Positions 38,473 through 50,705 of a stretch of DNA of 64,000 nucleotides are shown piece after piece. Positions within the stretch are counted from its first letter, which is position 1, and every line of letters starts with the position of its first letter. The stretch is taken from contig NC_092001.1 of the NCBI RefSeq assembly GCF_044704955.1, positions 19,530,001 through 19,594,000 on the forward strand, given 5' to 3'. The notes beneath the pieces were generated by a model, which was given only the letters and a program-made list of their open reading frames with translations, was not told where the DNA came from and made no database searches. Position numbers and translations under genes: made by a program. The DNA comes from Pristiophorus japonicus (lineage: Eukaryota).

Positions 38473-38532
38473 TTAGAGTTTTAGATACAGAGACAGGTCT
38501 TAGTGTAATATGAACAGAGAGATGATGCAGTT

Positions 38533-39480
38533 ATAGAATCATAGAATCGAAGAATGATACTGTACAGAACGCGTACATTCAGCTCACTGGTTCCTGTGCC
38601 GGCACAAAGTTGAAAGAACAACCAATTAATCCCACTCCCCCTGCTATTTCCCAATATCCCTGCATTGTTTCCAAATCCCTTTTGAAATGTGTTATTGGAA
38701 CTGCGTCCAGCACCCTATCAGGCAGTGTATTCCAGATCATCACATTCTGTGTATTTCTTTTTCCTCATTTCGCCTCTGGCTCTTTTGCCAAGTATCTTAA
38801 ATTTATGTCCTCTGGTTACAGACCCGTCAGCCACAGGAAAATAATCTTCGTAGTTACTGTTTCAGAACCCCTCACAATCTTGAACATGTTTATCAAATCT
38901 CCTTTTAAACTTCTCTACTCCAATGATAACAATCCCAATGCCCCGAAGGTCTACACGTAACTGAAGTATTTCATCCATGGTACTACACTGGTAAATTCCC
39001 TCTGCACCCTTTGCAAGGCCTTACAATCTTTCCTAAAATGTGGTGCCCAGAATTAAACACAATACTTCTGCTGGGGTATAACCAATGTTTTACAGATGTT
39101 TAACAACAAGTTCCTTGCATTTGCACCCTATTTTTCTATTTATAAAAACGAAAGTTCGTGTATACCTTCTGCATTCCAGAGCAGAACAACTTGCTGCATT
39201 AAAACATCTCTTCATCTCCCCTCTGTCTTTTTTTGCAAATGATCTTAAATCCATGTCCTCTGGTTACCGACGCTCCTGTCAGTGTAAACAATTTCTCACG
39301 ATCAACTCTATCAAATTGCTTCATAAAGGGAAGGATATAACAGACAGAGGCATTTATTTCGGATTGTTGCCAGCGATTGATTTGTAAAATTTGGTTCGGA
39401 TAGGGTATTAACCAATGCTGGTCGATGGAGTTAAGATAACGATCATCCGTCATCTAATTGAATAGAGTCGTGGTCTCGTG
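38533..39480 (-). mobile_element. Degenerate CR1 3' fragments
   Basis: atagaatcatagaat tail; TRGHGFKII motif. Confidence 0.7.
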
Positions 39481-39529
39481 CAGCACCAATTGAGAAAGGG
39501 TACCATGCAATTTAAACAGAACAACCGTA

Positions 39530-40293
39530 TAATTCATTAAACACAGAGACAGAATGGAGTGCAATATAAAGAGGTGACATCGTCTCGTGTAATAATAACT
39601 GCGACAGGGCCTCCTGTAATATAAATGGAGGCATGGTGTAGATTGTAATAACTGAGAGTGTCCAGTGCATTATAAACAAAGACATAGTCTATTACATTAA
39701 AACTGAAGCAAGATTTTGTGTAACATGAAGAGATACATATGCGAGTGCAGTAGTAAATGAGACAGTATCCAATTTAAGACAATATGAACAGTGGCTTGTT
39801 CCAGTGTAGTAATAACTGAGACAGGGCAACGTGTAATATAGACTGAGACAAGGCCGAGTGCAGTCTAATCAGAGACATGGTCGAGTGCAATGATAACTGA
39901 GACAGGTCCCAGTGTAATATAAAGAGAGACCTGTTCTCCTGCAGTACTAACAGAGAGAGCCTTTTGTAATATAAACAGAGACATGGCCCAGTGTAATATG
40001 AACAGACGGAGGGCCTAGTTTAATATAACCAGTGACCAGGTCGAATGCATTAATGCAATATTAACAGAACCAAAGTCTAGCACAGTACTAACGGAGACAG
40101 GACCGATTATAATATACAAGGGATATGTTCTAATGCAGTAATAACTGAGACAGCATCTAGTGTAATATAAAGTGAGACATTGTCTAGTGTAATATAAACT
40201 GAGACATTGTCTAGTGTAATATAAAAAAAGACGTTGTCTCGTGCAATATAAACTGAGACAAGGTCTATTTCAGCATAAACTAAGACATGCCCT
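39530..40293 (+). repeat. Degenerate 27-bp satellite array
   Basis: actgagacattgtctagtgtaatataa monomers. Confidence 0.8.
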
Positions 40294-41010
40294 ATAGAAG
40301 CTTTTACTGTCTGTTTATGTGTGTCGGTGGTTTACTCTCCTATTCTATTTTCCCTTTCTTGATCAATTTCTTGGTTTTCCTTTGCTGAATTCTAAAATCC
40401 TCCCAATCCTCAGGCTTACTACTACTTTTGACTACATTATTAATCTCTTCCTATATTATTAATCTCTTCCTTTGATTTAATACTATCTTTAACTTCTCTT
40501 GTTATCCATGGTTGGACCAATTTTCTTGCACGATTTTTGTGCCTTAAAAAAGGTATGTTTGTCTTAACTTATGCATTAATTCTTCACATGCTATCCATTG
40601 CTTGTCTACCATCATACCTTTTAATACAGGTTCCCAACACGCCCTCATAGCTACGTAGTTTGCTTTGTTTAGACTTAAGTCCCTAGTTTTGGATATAACT
40701 AAATCACTTTGAAATTTCATATAAAATTCTGTCACATTGTGGCCACTTTTCCCTATCGGCCCGTTTTCTACAAGGTAATTAATTAACCCTTTCTGACTGC
40801 ACAATACTAGATCTAATATCGCCTGTTCCGTTGTTGGTTCCTCAACATACTATTCGAGAAAACCATCTTGTATTCATTCCATGAATTCATCCACCACAAT
40901 ATTACTGCAAATTTGGTTTGCTAAGTCTATATGTAGATTTAAATCCCCAGTAATTACTATATTACCCTTGTTACATGCACCTCTAATTTTCTGATTAATA
41001 TTGTGCCGTT
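40294..41010 (-). mobile_element. CR1 ORF2 endonuclease-region fragment
   Basis: GNIVITGDLNLHID, GKSGHNV motifs. Confidence 0.75.
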
Positions 41011-41019
41011 TCTCATTTA

Positions 41020-41298
41020 TTTCTGCACTAGACCATATTTTATTTACATTATATCCCGACCATGTTATATTACACAAGTCCCAATCTCAATTATTACTGA
41101 AACAGATATTTTATCTGTTTGTTTAACCCGTTTGATATTACACTGCCGGAGTACTGCACTGCATACTGTCTCTGTTTGTATTACGCTAGACTCTGTTGCT
41201 ATTTATTTTATGCTAGAACCTATATCAGTTATTACAGCACTAGACTATGTCTCTGTTTATATTACATGGATACCTGTCTCTGTTTATATTACACTAGG
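41020..41298 (-). repeat. 27-bp satellite, inverted orientation
   Basis: tgtctctgtttatattacactag monomers on the + strand. Confidence 0.8.
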
Positions 41299-42209
41299 CA
41301 TGAAAGCATGGTCCTTACACTAAACATCCATAAGACAAAGGTCATCCACAAGTCTGACTCCACCACACTAACCCCAAGTCATCAAGATACAGAGCGTGGC
41401 CCTGGACAACGTGGACCACTTTCCATACTTCGGGAGCCAATTAACAACAAGAGCAAACATTGATGACAAGATTCACTACGCCTCCAGTGTGCCAGCGCAG
41501 CCTTCGGCCACCTGAGGAAAACAGTGTTCGAAGACCAGGCCATCAAATCTTCCACCAAGCTCCTGATCTACAGGGCTGTAGTGACACCCGCCCTCCTGCA
41601 TAGCTCAGAAATGTGGATCACAAACAGGAGACACCTCAAATCGCTGGAGAAATACCACCAACAATTTCCCCGCAAGATCCTGCAAATCCCCTGGGAGGAC
41701 AGACCCATCAACATTAGCATCCTTGACCAGGCAAACATCATCAGCATCGAAGAACTGACCACACTCGACCAGCTCTGCTGGGTGTGCCAAAGTGTTGCAT
41801 GCCTGACCCAAGACTCCCAAAGCAAGCGCTCGACTCCGACACTGCAAGCGAGTCCAATATGGCAGAGGAAGCGTTTCAAGGAATCCCTCAAAGTCTCCTT
41901 GATAAAATGCAACATCCCGACCATCACCTGAGAGTCCTTGGCCAAAGGCCGCCCTAAATGGAGGAAGTACACCTGGGAGGCTGCTGAGCACCTCGAGTCT
42001 CATCGCCGAGAGCATGCAGAAACCAAGCACAGGCAGCAAATGGAGCGAGCGGCAAACCAGTTCCTCCCACCTTTTCCTTCAACGGCTGTCTGTGTTACCT
42101 GTGACAGAGACTGTAATTCCCAGATTGGAATGTTTACTCACCTAAGATCTCATTTTTAGAGAGGAAGCAAGTCTTCCTCGATTTCAAGGGACTGCCTATG
42201 ATGATGATG
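41299..42209 (+). mobile_element. RTE-clade LINE 3' fragment with (ATG)n tail and 6-bp target-site duplication ACTAGG
   Basis: STKLLIYRAVVTPALL, RKILQIPWED, C-terminal CxxC..H zinc motif (CVTCDRDC...THLRSH); actagg at 41293-41298 and 42210-42215. Confidence 0.88.
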
Positions 42210-42519
42210 ACTAGGTCCTGTCTCTTTTTATATTCCAGTGGACCATGTCTCTGTTTATAATACACTAGACCCTGTTGCTGTTTATTGTATGCTAGACCCT
42301 GCCACTGTTAATATCACACAAGACACTGTCACTGTTTATACTACACTAGACCCTGTCTCTGTTTATATTACACTAGACGCTGTCCCTGTTGATATTAGAC
42401 GATACCCTGTCCCTGTTTATATTCAAATAGACCCTGTCCCTGTTTACATTACACGAGACCCTGTCTCTGTTTATATTACACGAGACCCTGTCACTGTTTA
42501 TATTGCGTAAGGTCCTGTG
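42210..42519 (-). repeat. 27-bp satellite, inverted orientation (continuation)
   Basis: cactagaccctgtctctgtttatatta monomers. Confidence 0.88.
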
Positions 42520-43079
42520 TGAAGTGGCCTCACAAATTAACAGAGTAATTTAAATAATTTTGAAAAACTGAAATTAGTGGTGCGCACTCAGCCAGTACAG
42601 CATAACATCAGCTTTTAAAAGAGAAAATAATGTAAATGATATGTTGGTTTGCAGCAGAGTACAGGTAACCAGAATTCTGGTGGCAAGCAATATGGGACAT
42701 GCAAATAGTTACAAATCCAAAACCAACTACAAAGCAGGAGCACGGGGAAACTGACTTCATAAGCTGAAAGATTACATGCGATCTGTCCAGTGTAATCTCC
42801 GGCAATCCGATGCAAACAATGCTACATCTTGAATAGTTGGAAAAAAGGGAACTATCAAATAACCAGGCTTACAGGGCACCTCAGTGCCACCAGAACAGAA
42901 CATGAGGACAAAGCAATCAGCAGGCATTTCATGGAACGTGGGGTTAAGTCCCAAGAAATTATGGGGCTTGAAACCAAAATGAGCTGGACAACCCCACAAA
43001 GGAAGAAGACAGAGAGGGATTCTGGGAATGAGAAACCCAGTTAACAAATTGACTCAATCAAATATAAAACGAGAAAAAT

Positions 43080-43325
43080 GTGACCCCGATCCAAACCTAA
43101 AGTAACCCCCATGGATCAATGGAAAGCCTACCGTAACACTAACTCTAGCTCACAAAACGGATCTCTGATGCAAACCTTAACACCAACACTAATCCATAAC
43201 ACCAACCATAACCCCGACTCTAACCCTAATGAAACTAACCCGAGTGACCCCAAAACTACCGACCCAAACTCTAACCTCAACCCAAAACCTAAAATACCTT
43301 CAACCATAAGCATAACTCGATCTTA
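43080..43325 (+). repeat. Degenerate (CCCTAA)-like C/A-rich tract
   Basis: ctctaaccctaat, aactctaacctcaacccaaaacctaaa. Confidence 0.5.
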
Positions 43326-43759
43326 AGCACGACTATTCTTTCAAGTAGTTAAATCAAAGTTAAAGGCTCTAACACATGCCTTGAAACACAACTATACCCC
43401 GGGCTGTAGCTGGTTAATAGCAAGCAGAATGATCGGAAAAGCAATAAGAGGCATGAGACAAATAAAACGCAGGTACCAATGAGAAAAGCCTCAAGAAATG
43501 AAAATACAAACACAAGAGAGGACAATCACCCTATTTCCTATAAAGGAAACCATTACAGCTGTAAGGAGGGATGATATGTTGGAAGGATCATCAAATGATT
43601 CCATATAGATTGAACGGAAGAACAAAAAAGGGACAAACACACAACTGTAGATCCCTAAACAGTTAGAGGGAGATAGAATAGCAAATATACAGCTACATTT
43701 GTGAGAAGTCCAAAAACAATAGGGAACATTAGTAGGGGGTGACAACTACCCTAGAACCC

Positions 43760-46100
43760 TTAAGATGCATTCAGAAGATATTTTTTTAGGCAAAACGTAG
43801 GAATGCCATCGAATAGTTCTGGATTTAATTTTAGGGAATTAAACTGGCCAGTAGGAAGGGGTATTAGTGGGAGAGCATTTTGAATCTTTTGATCAAAATT
43901 CAGTTATATTTAGCATAGTTATGGAAAATGTAGACCAGGGGTAAATGTCGAGTGGGGAAAGGCCAATTTTAATAAGCTGAGATTTGATTTAACAAAGGTG
44001 ACACGAAACAGCTACTTCAAGGTAAATCAGCGTCAGAGCATTGGGAGGCATTCAAAGCAGAGATAAGGAGGGTACAGAGCAAATATGTTCCCACAAAGAA
44101 AAGTGGTGGGACTCCCACATCTCGATCCCCTGGATGTCCCGGAGCACACAGAATAGTATAAGGGAAAAAGCGAAGTTTTTGGCAGGTACCGAAAACTCAA
44201 TACTGCAAACAACCTAGGGGAGTATAGAAAGTGGAGGGCTGAAATGAAAAGGGACATTCGGAAAGCAAAGAGTGGGCATGGAAATGTTGGCAAGTAAAAT
44301 CAAGGAAAACCCAAAGCTGGTTTATAAATACATAAAACGCAAGGGAATAAATGAAGAAAGTGTAGAGATGAAAACGGTAATCGATGTGTGGAGGCAGAAG
44401 ACACTGGTATGGTTCTCAATACATACTTTGCGTCTGTCTTTACAGACAGAGGGACAATGCAGACACTGTAGTTATGAGGAGGAGTGTGAAATATTAGATC
44501 GGATAAACCTAGAGACAGATGAAGAATTAAGTGGTTTAGCATCTTTAAAAATAGACAAATCACTAGTCGCGAATGTAATGTTCCACTGGCTGTTAAGCGA
44601 GGCAAGGGAGAAAAGAGCGCAGGCTCTGACCATCATTATTCAAACCTTTCTGGTTACAGGCATGGGGGCAGAGGACTGGAGGACTGCTAACATTGTGCCA
44701 TTGTTTAAAGAGGGAGAAACGGATAGACCGAGTAATTATAGGCCATTCAGCCTAACCTCGGTGGTGGGAACATTATTGGAAAATGTTCTGAGGGACAGAA
44801 TAAATGTTCATTCAGGATATCACAGATTAATCAAGGACTGTTAAAATGGTTTTGTTAAAGGAATGTCATATCTGACTAAATTGGTTACATTTTTTGAGGA
44901 GATAATGAGGAGGGTCGATCAGGAATCATTTGATGTAATCTACATCAAGTTCAGCAAGGCCGTTGACAAGGTCACACAAGGCAGGTTGATAAGAAAAAGT
45001 AAAAGCCCATGGGATCCAAGGGAAACTGGCAAGTTCGATCCAAAATTGGCTCAGAGGCAGGAAGTAAAGTGGAATGGTCGATGTTTGTTTTTGTGACAGG
45101 AAAGATGTTTCCAGAGGGGTTCTGCAGGGCTCTGTATTAATTCCCTTGCTTTTTATGTTATATATCAATGATTTGGACTTGAATGTCGGGGGCATGATTA
45201 GGAAGTTTGCAGATGATACAGCAATTGACAGTGTGGTTGATATTGAGGAAACAGCTGTAGACTACAGGAAGATATATATGGACTGATCAAATGGGTAGAA
45301 CAGTGGCAAATTAAATTCAATCTGGAGAAGTGTGATGTACTGCAATTGGGGAGGGCTATCAAGGCAAGGTAATAGACAATAAATGATAGAACACTGAGAA
45401 ATGTAGAGGGACAGAGGGACGGAGTGCATGTCCACAGATCTTTGAAGGTAGCAGGACAGGTATATAAGGTGGTTAAGAAGATATACAGGATACTTTATTT
45501 GAGTAGCCAAGGCATAGAATAAAGGAGCTGGGCGGTTATGCTTGAACTGTACAAAACACTAGTTAGGCCACAGGTGGAGTACTGCGTGCAGCCTGGCCAC
45601 CACATTTAAGGAAATATGAGATTGCACTCGAGAGGGTACAAAGGAGGATAATGAGGATCTTGCCAGGACTGGAGACTTTTAGCTCTGAGGAGAGTTTGGT
45701 TCGGTTTGGGTTGTTTTCTTTGGAACAGTGGAGGCTGAGGGGAGATTCAATTGAGGAGTATAAGATTATGAAGTGTCTCGATAGGGTGGATAGGAAGTAC
45801 CTATTTCCCTCAGCAGAGAGACCAGTAAGTAGGGGACATAAAATTAATGTAATTGGTGGAAGGTTTTGAGGGGAGTCGTGGAAAATTTATTTCACCAGAG
45901 TGTGGTGGGGATTTTTGACTTACTGCCTGAAATGGTGGTGGAGGCAGAAATTCTCATCACATTTAAAAAGCACATGATTATGCATTGGAAGTGCCCTAAG
46001 CTACAAGGCTGCGGACCAAGTGCTGGAAAGTGGGATTAGGCTGGATGGCTCTTTTTTTAGCTCAGGGACGATGGGCGCAATGGCCTCATTCTGTGCAATA
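43760..46100 (+). mobile_element. CR1 ORF2 fragment to the 3' end, degenerate
   Basis: DWRTANIVPLFKEG...NYRPFSLTS, GVLQGSVL, KFADDT, RGHKI. Confidence 0.87.
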
Positions 46101-46605
46101 ATCCTCTCTGAATCTATGACAACATTTCAATATTTAATTACTATTAAAGAACCATTTAATCTTCTCCGATCTAAGTAGAACAATCCCACTTTCTCCAGTC
46201 TCCTCATAACTGAAATACTTCACTCTTATAAATTACTAGACGTTCTGCTCCGCAGCATCACCAAGGCCTTGACATACTTTCCATGGTCTGGATTGGACTA
46301 AATCTAATCTTTATTTCTCCTTCTAATTCTAAGGATGAAAGCTCTCTTTCAATTGAACTGAGCAGTAATCTGAGTATTATTAAATATTGATTGATAGCAA
46401 TGCTATAACTTGTTCTGAGAATGCAGACGCTGACTTATCAGCTCAGCAACAGCAGCCTCTGCATGATTCCTGTTTCAATAAGATCACTTTCGCCACCTAC
46501 TGGTGATAACTATCTACTGCAAGCGCCAGAGTTTTTTCAACATGATTATTTAATTCCACACACAACATCTTGCATTTTCCCAGTGACGTTCACCCAGAGG
46601 TATTT

Positions 46606-47420
46606 CTCAGAGCAAACCACGAGAGAGCCAAGATATCAGGTGGAGTTAAGGGAGAAAGGATCCAATTACTGCTGCAAATTCTGAGAAGATTTTCTTGGGC
46701 AGATGTGAAGTGATATAGGAATATAAGAAGTAGGAGCCACACGGAAGCTGGAGCCTGCTCTGCCATTCAATATGATCATGGCCCATCTTCGACATCAACT
46801 CCACTTTCCCGTCCGATCCCCATATCCCTTGATTCTTCTGGAGTCCATAAATCTATCGATCTCAGTTTTGAATATAATCAAGGACTCAGCATCCTCAGCC
46901 TTCTGGGGCAGAGAATTCCCAAGATTCACAAACCTCTGAGTGAAGAAATTCATCCTCATCTCAGCCTGATATGGTTGACACCTTATCTTGAGATTATGCT
47001 GCCTATTTCCAGAGTCTCCGGTCAGCGGGACAACCTCTCAGCATCTAGCCCGTCAATCCCCCTCAGAATCATATACGTTTCAATGAGATCGCCTCTCATT
47101 CTTCCAAACTCCAAAGGAATGTCTCAGAGCAAACCACAAGAGTGCTAAGAAATCAGGAGGAGTTAATGCAGAAAGAACACAATTACAGTTATCAATTCTG
47201 AGGAGGTTTTCATGGGAAGGTGTGAAGTTATATAAGAACTTAAGAATTAGGAGCAGGAGTAGGTCACAAGGCCCCTCGAGACTGCTCCGCCATTCAGTCC
47301 GATCATGGCTGATCATCTACCTCAACTCAACTTTCTTGCTTTAAGCCCATATCCCTTGATTCACCTGGAGTACAAAAAACTATGTATCTCAGCCTTGAAT
47401 ATATTCAATGACTCAGCAGG
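46606..47420. repeat. ~517-bp diverged tandem duplication including a CR1 3' end
   Basis: ctcagagcaaaccac...gtgaagt.atat..gaa..taagaa.taggagc at 46606 and 47123. Confidence 0.7.
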
Positions 47421-48799
47421 TTTTGTGGATTCTGGTGGCTCAGATAGGTCGCAGGATCTGGGAATCATTCCCAGGTATAACAAGTCATGTGAAATTATCT
47501 CAATATTACCAATGGGGATGTTCCTTGCCAGTACGAGTATATTGTTGCTGGGCAGATTTGTGTACAAATAGTTTCCATTCACAGGTGGTTGCAGTTGGCT
47601 TTCTATCTCTGATCAGCGGGCGGGAAACAGCTAGTTGTTTTTCTGCACCGAACCAGCAGATGTTTTATGCAAGTTACATTGTCAATTCTCGCCCGTCCCT
47701 GATGGTGAAATTGTGGATCTCTGTGACAAAATGTGTGGGAGAGATATGGACTGTGCGTGGGTGGGATCAAATTGGAAATTAATTCTTCGACTACTGAATC
47801 AGGAGGCAACAGCCATCTAAAATATATTTTTGATGGCATGACCTTAAATACATGATGTTTCGTGTATGACATGTGCAGTACAGAAGACAATCTAATTAGA
47901 GCAATGCAAAGCATTTGATGCATCAATTAATGAAGGACAAATCTTCTCCGGATTGTTCTATTACAATCTAGCAGACGGCAATTGATGCCGGTGCTGGTAT
48001 CACATATATATATAGATGTACAGATATAAAGATCGCAATAATCCATATCACAATTCTTGGTCCCTTTGATAATTTATACTTGACCCCATGAGCTGCAGTC
48101 TGCCACGTTACAGTCCCAGTGATGGAGCCTTTGACCGGGAATTCTAGTTACTCAAGTTTTGAACTAATTGTCATTGACAGCCTTTGTATTTTTAAATAAA
48201 ACACGCTCTGGTACAACTTGAGAGACATACACTTGGCATCACAACAGCTGGCCATAGCTCGGATAAATTCAGCACCGAATCAAACTGCACGATGGCGACA
48301 CTCAATTAACGCATTTATTATAATGATTTCCCTTTCCAGGTGCAAATTAAAATGTTACCTCAAAGCAATAATATCCCGAAGCTACGGATAATCGGTTCAC
48401 ACTAATCGACAACGTTTAATCTTTAGTGTTGAGGACATTTCCATGGTCGGTGGGACAGTCATGTAATTTCGATTAGAGAGCGACGCAGCGTGATTTAATT
48501 CTCACCCAGATAGCTTTGGGCGGACTGTGCGAACTCCTCACAATTATACAGATAGGTGTAGATCTTCACTTTTAACAATTAGAATTGCTCAGCGTGAAAT
48601 AATGTAACAGTCTTCACACGGGTGGACTAAGATTCAGTGCCCGATTTGGTCAGGGACGATTGTATTAAGTGTGGAGCTGCACAGGCGCGATGGATGCTAT
48701 CTGATAAAATGTAATGTTGTTCCCAAACTTAGCTTTCCCTGCTATATAACCGGGAAGCATATCCATCCCAGAAGCAGTTGCTGATCACAAAAATAAATT

Positions 48800-49065
48800 C
48801 TTCCATTTATATAGCTGCTTTCTCGAAAACAGGATGCTCTTTCGAGACAATTAACTCCGTTTTGGAGTGTTATCGCTGTTGTAATGGAGGGAAACACGGC
48901 AGCCAATTTGTGCAAAGCACGATCCAACTAACAGCAACGTGATACATGACGAAATGATATTTTAGTGAAGTTTGTTGAGGGATAAATATTGAACAAACAC
49001 AGGGAAGAACTCCCCTGCTCTTGTTCGAAATAATGCCATGGGATATTTTACATCCACCTGAGAGG
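48800..49065 (-). mobile_element. Deu-domain SINE fragment
   Basis: Reverse complement of the SINE body (gttgagggataaatatt...gaactcccctgctc). Confidence 0.65.
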
Positions 49066-49329
49066 AATTGGACACGGAGTCAATGTGAGCTGTTTGTGGG
49101 GAATGTAAATCCTGACACTGATTCAGTGTTCTACTGAAAATCTTTTCGATATTCGGTATATCATCCCCAGCAGTATATCGGCAATCGAAGTCAAGGTAAT
49201 TTTGGGTAATGTACAGAAAACACGGATTATTAATGATGTATTATATTTTACACAGCTGGATTCAGACAGGAAAATAGGGGAGGAGTCAGTCTGCTGCTGG
49301 TGGAGGCGTGTGGCTCCCAGTCACCATCC

Positions 49330-49386
49330 CCCTCTCTCTCACACACACACACACACAAACACACAGGGGACCGGACAGTTTAAATA
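49330..49386 (+). promoter_or_regulatory. VH promoter region: (CT)n(CA)n tract and TATA-like TTTAAATA
   Basis: TTTAAATA 49379-49386, about 90 nt upstream of the leader ATG; no octamer seen nearby. Confidence 0.5.
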
Positions 49387-49474
49387 GCGTGACCCAGCTC
49401 CAGGTTCACAATCAGAAGGCGGTGTTTCGGCGCCGAGACACCTTCCCGAGACAGTTACACCGAGAGACCCGACG

Positions 49475-49520
49475 ATGGGACTTGCCCCGTGTCTCTGTTT
49501 GTTTCTGGCCTGCTTCACCT
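49475..49520 (+). pseudogene. IGHV: Ig VH leader exon (MGLAPCLCLFLACFT)
   Basis: 46-nt phase-1 signal-peptide exon, gtgagt donor at 49521, 122-nt intron. Confidence 0.9.
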
Positions 49521-49642
49521 GTGAGTATTCCTCGCTGCTTCCGTGACACAATACAAGGCGGCTTCAGATATTGTGTTTTCATTGCTATTCATTGATGTAA
49601 ATGTTCTCGAATGTAATTACAATTTATTTCAATTACTGACAG

Positions 49643-49945
49643 ATGTCCAGTCCGAAATCGTGCTGACCCAGTCGGCTTCTGTGTCGATGAAGCCCGGAGA
49701 ATCTCACAAACTGTCCTGTTCAGTGAGCGGGTTCAGTTTGAACAGCTACGACATGCACTGGTTGAAACAAGTTCCCGGGAAGGGGCTGGAGTGGCTGCTT
49801 GCTTACGATAAAGCGTCCAGTAGCATATATTACGCGCCTGGAGTGGAAGGTCGGATCATCCCTTCAAGTACATGTTCCACAACCTACATCGAGATCAAGA
49901 ATCTGAGAACCGAAGACACCGCCATGTTATACTGTGCAAGAGACC
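49643..49945 (+). pseudogene. IGHV: Ig VH exon, open frame, IgW-like (YVQS-EIVLTQ...C...W...LYCARD)
   Basis: Acceptor ag 49641-49642; canonical Cys, WLKQVPGKGLEW, EDTAMLYCAR. Confidence 0.95.
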
Positions 49946-49984
49946 CAGAGCGACCCGAACCCATCTTGGGCTCGTACAGAAACT
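49946..49984 (+). other. VH 23-RSS with mutated heptamer
   Basis: CAGAGCG + 23-nt spacer + ACAGAAACT. Confidence 0.85.
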
Positions 49985-50335
49985 GAACAAGTGCAATTGC
50001 AGCAACTTCCATCGAATTCTAGGTCAGTAACGGTGTAAAGTATATCAAGAGATGTGTTTCACCTACATTGCAAGAATGTATTTGCTACAGCAATAAACTG
50101 TTTAAGAATAAAATGCACATTAACTAACTTTGTATTGATGAAGATGATTTATCGTTACTGTGTCCAGGATTAAAAACGAGGATTCAATGAAAGCTTTAAT
50201 ATTGTAACTATGGGTAGGATTTTGGTCCATTTCTGCGCTCTCAGAAAGAATCATCATTCGACAATCAAAATCTGATAAACCTTTCTGTTGATTGAGTAAT
50301 TTATTTTCTGACAGCGTTAATCAGACAATGAGTAG

Positions 50336-50416
50336 CGTATTTGTGCGGGTCCCTGCCACTGTGGTACAACAGGGGTGTCACGGTGCTGTACACGGCGAGC
50401 GTCTCGTACAAAAACC
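50336..50416 (+). other. IGHD: DH1 (GTACAACAGGGGTGT, 50364-50378) with 5' 12-RSS and 3' 22-RSS
   Basis: CGTATTTGT-12-CACTGTG / CACGGTG-22-ACAAAAACC. Confidence 0.93.
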
Positions 50417-50636
50417 CCCCACACGGAGTTTGCTCATGCCTGCGATCATTGCCACCGCAGGAGATTGGAAGCAAACGAGGCTTGAAAACAAGCAATGGGT
50501 CGAAGTAAAATAGATAAATAAAATGACCAGCACAACTTGAAATATCTGGTTGCTGCACTCTTATGGGAGTCGGAATGCAGTTTTTTAGAGCACTGTGCAA
50601 TTTAGTCTCTGTATTTTACAGTTAACTGTCAGCTGA

Positions 50637-50705
50637 AGTATTTGGCACGGCGTGTCTCACTGTGGTACAGTGGGTGGCACAGCAATTACTGTCAATACAA
50701 AAACC
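50637..50705 (+). other. IGHD: DH2 (GTACAGTGGGTGG, 50665-50677) with 12/12 RSS
   Basis: AGTATTTGG-12-CACTGTG / CACAGCA-12-ACAAAAACC. Confidence 0.92.

Noticed and set aside
47420-47990. Possible Penelope/GIY-YIG or gene remnant
   Set aside because: Only vague Cys/His spacing; no motif I can support
49643-49945. IgNAR, TCR or light-chain V
   Set aside because: Has full FR2/CDR2, a CAR ending, two D segments, a W-type J and Cmu exons
50591-50597. Extra CACTGTG heptamer between D1 and D2 (possible third D)
   Set aside because: No nonamer at 12 or 22/23 spacing on either side and no partner RSS
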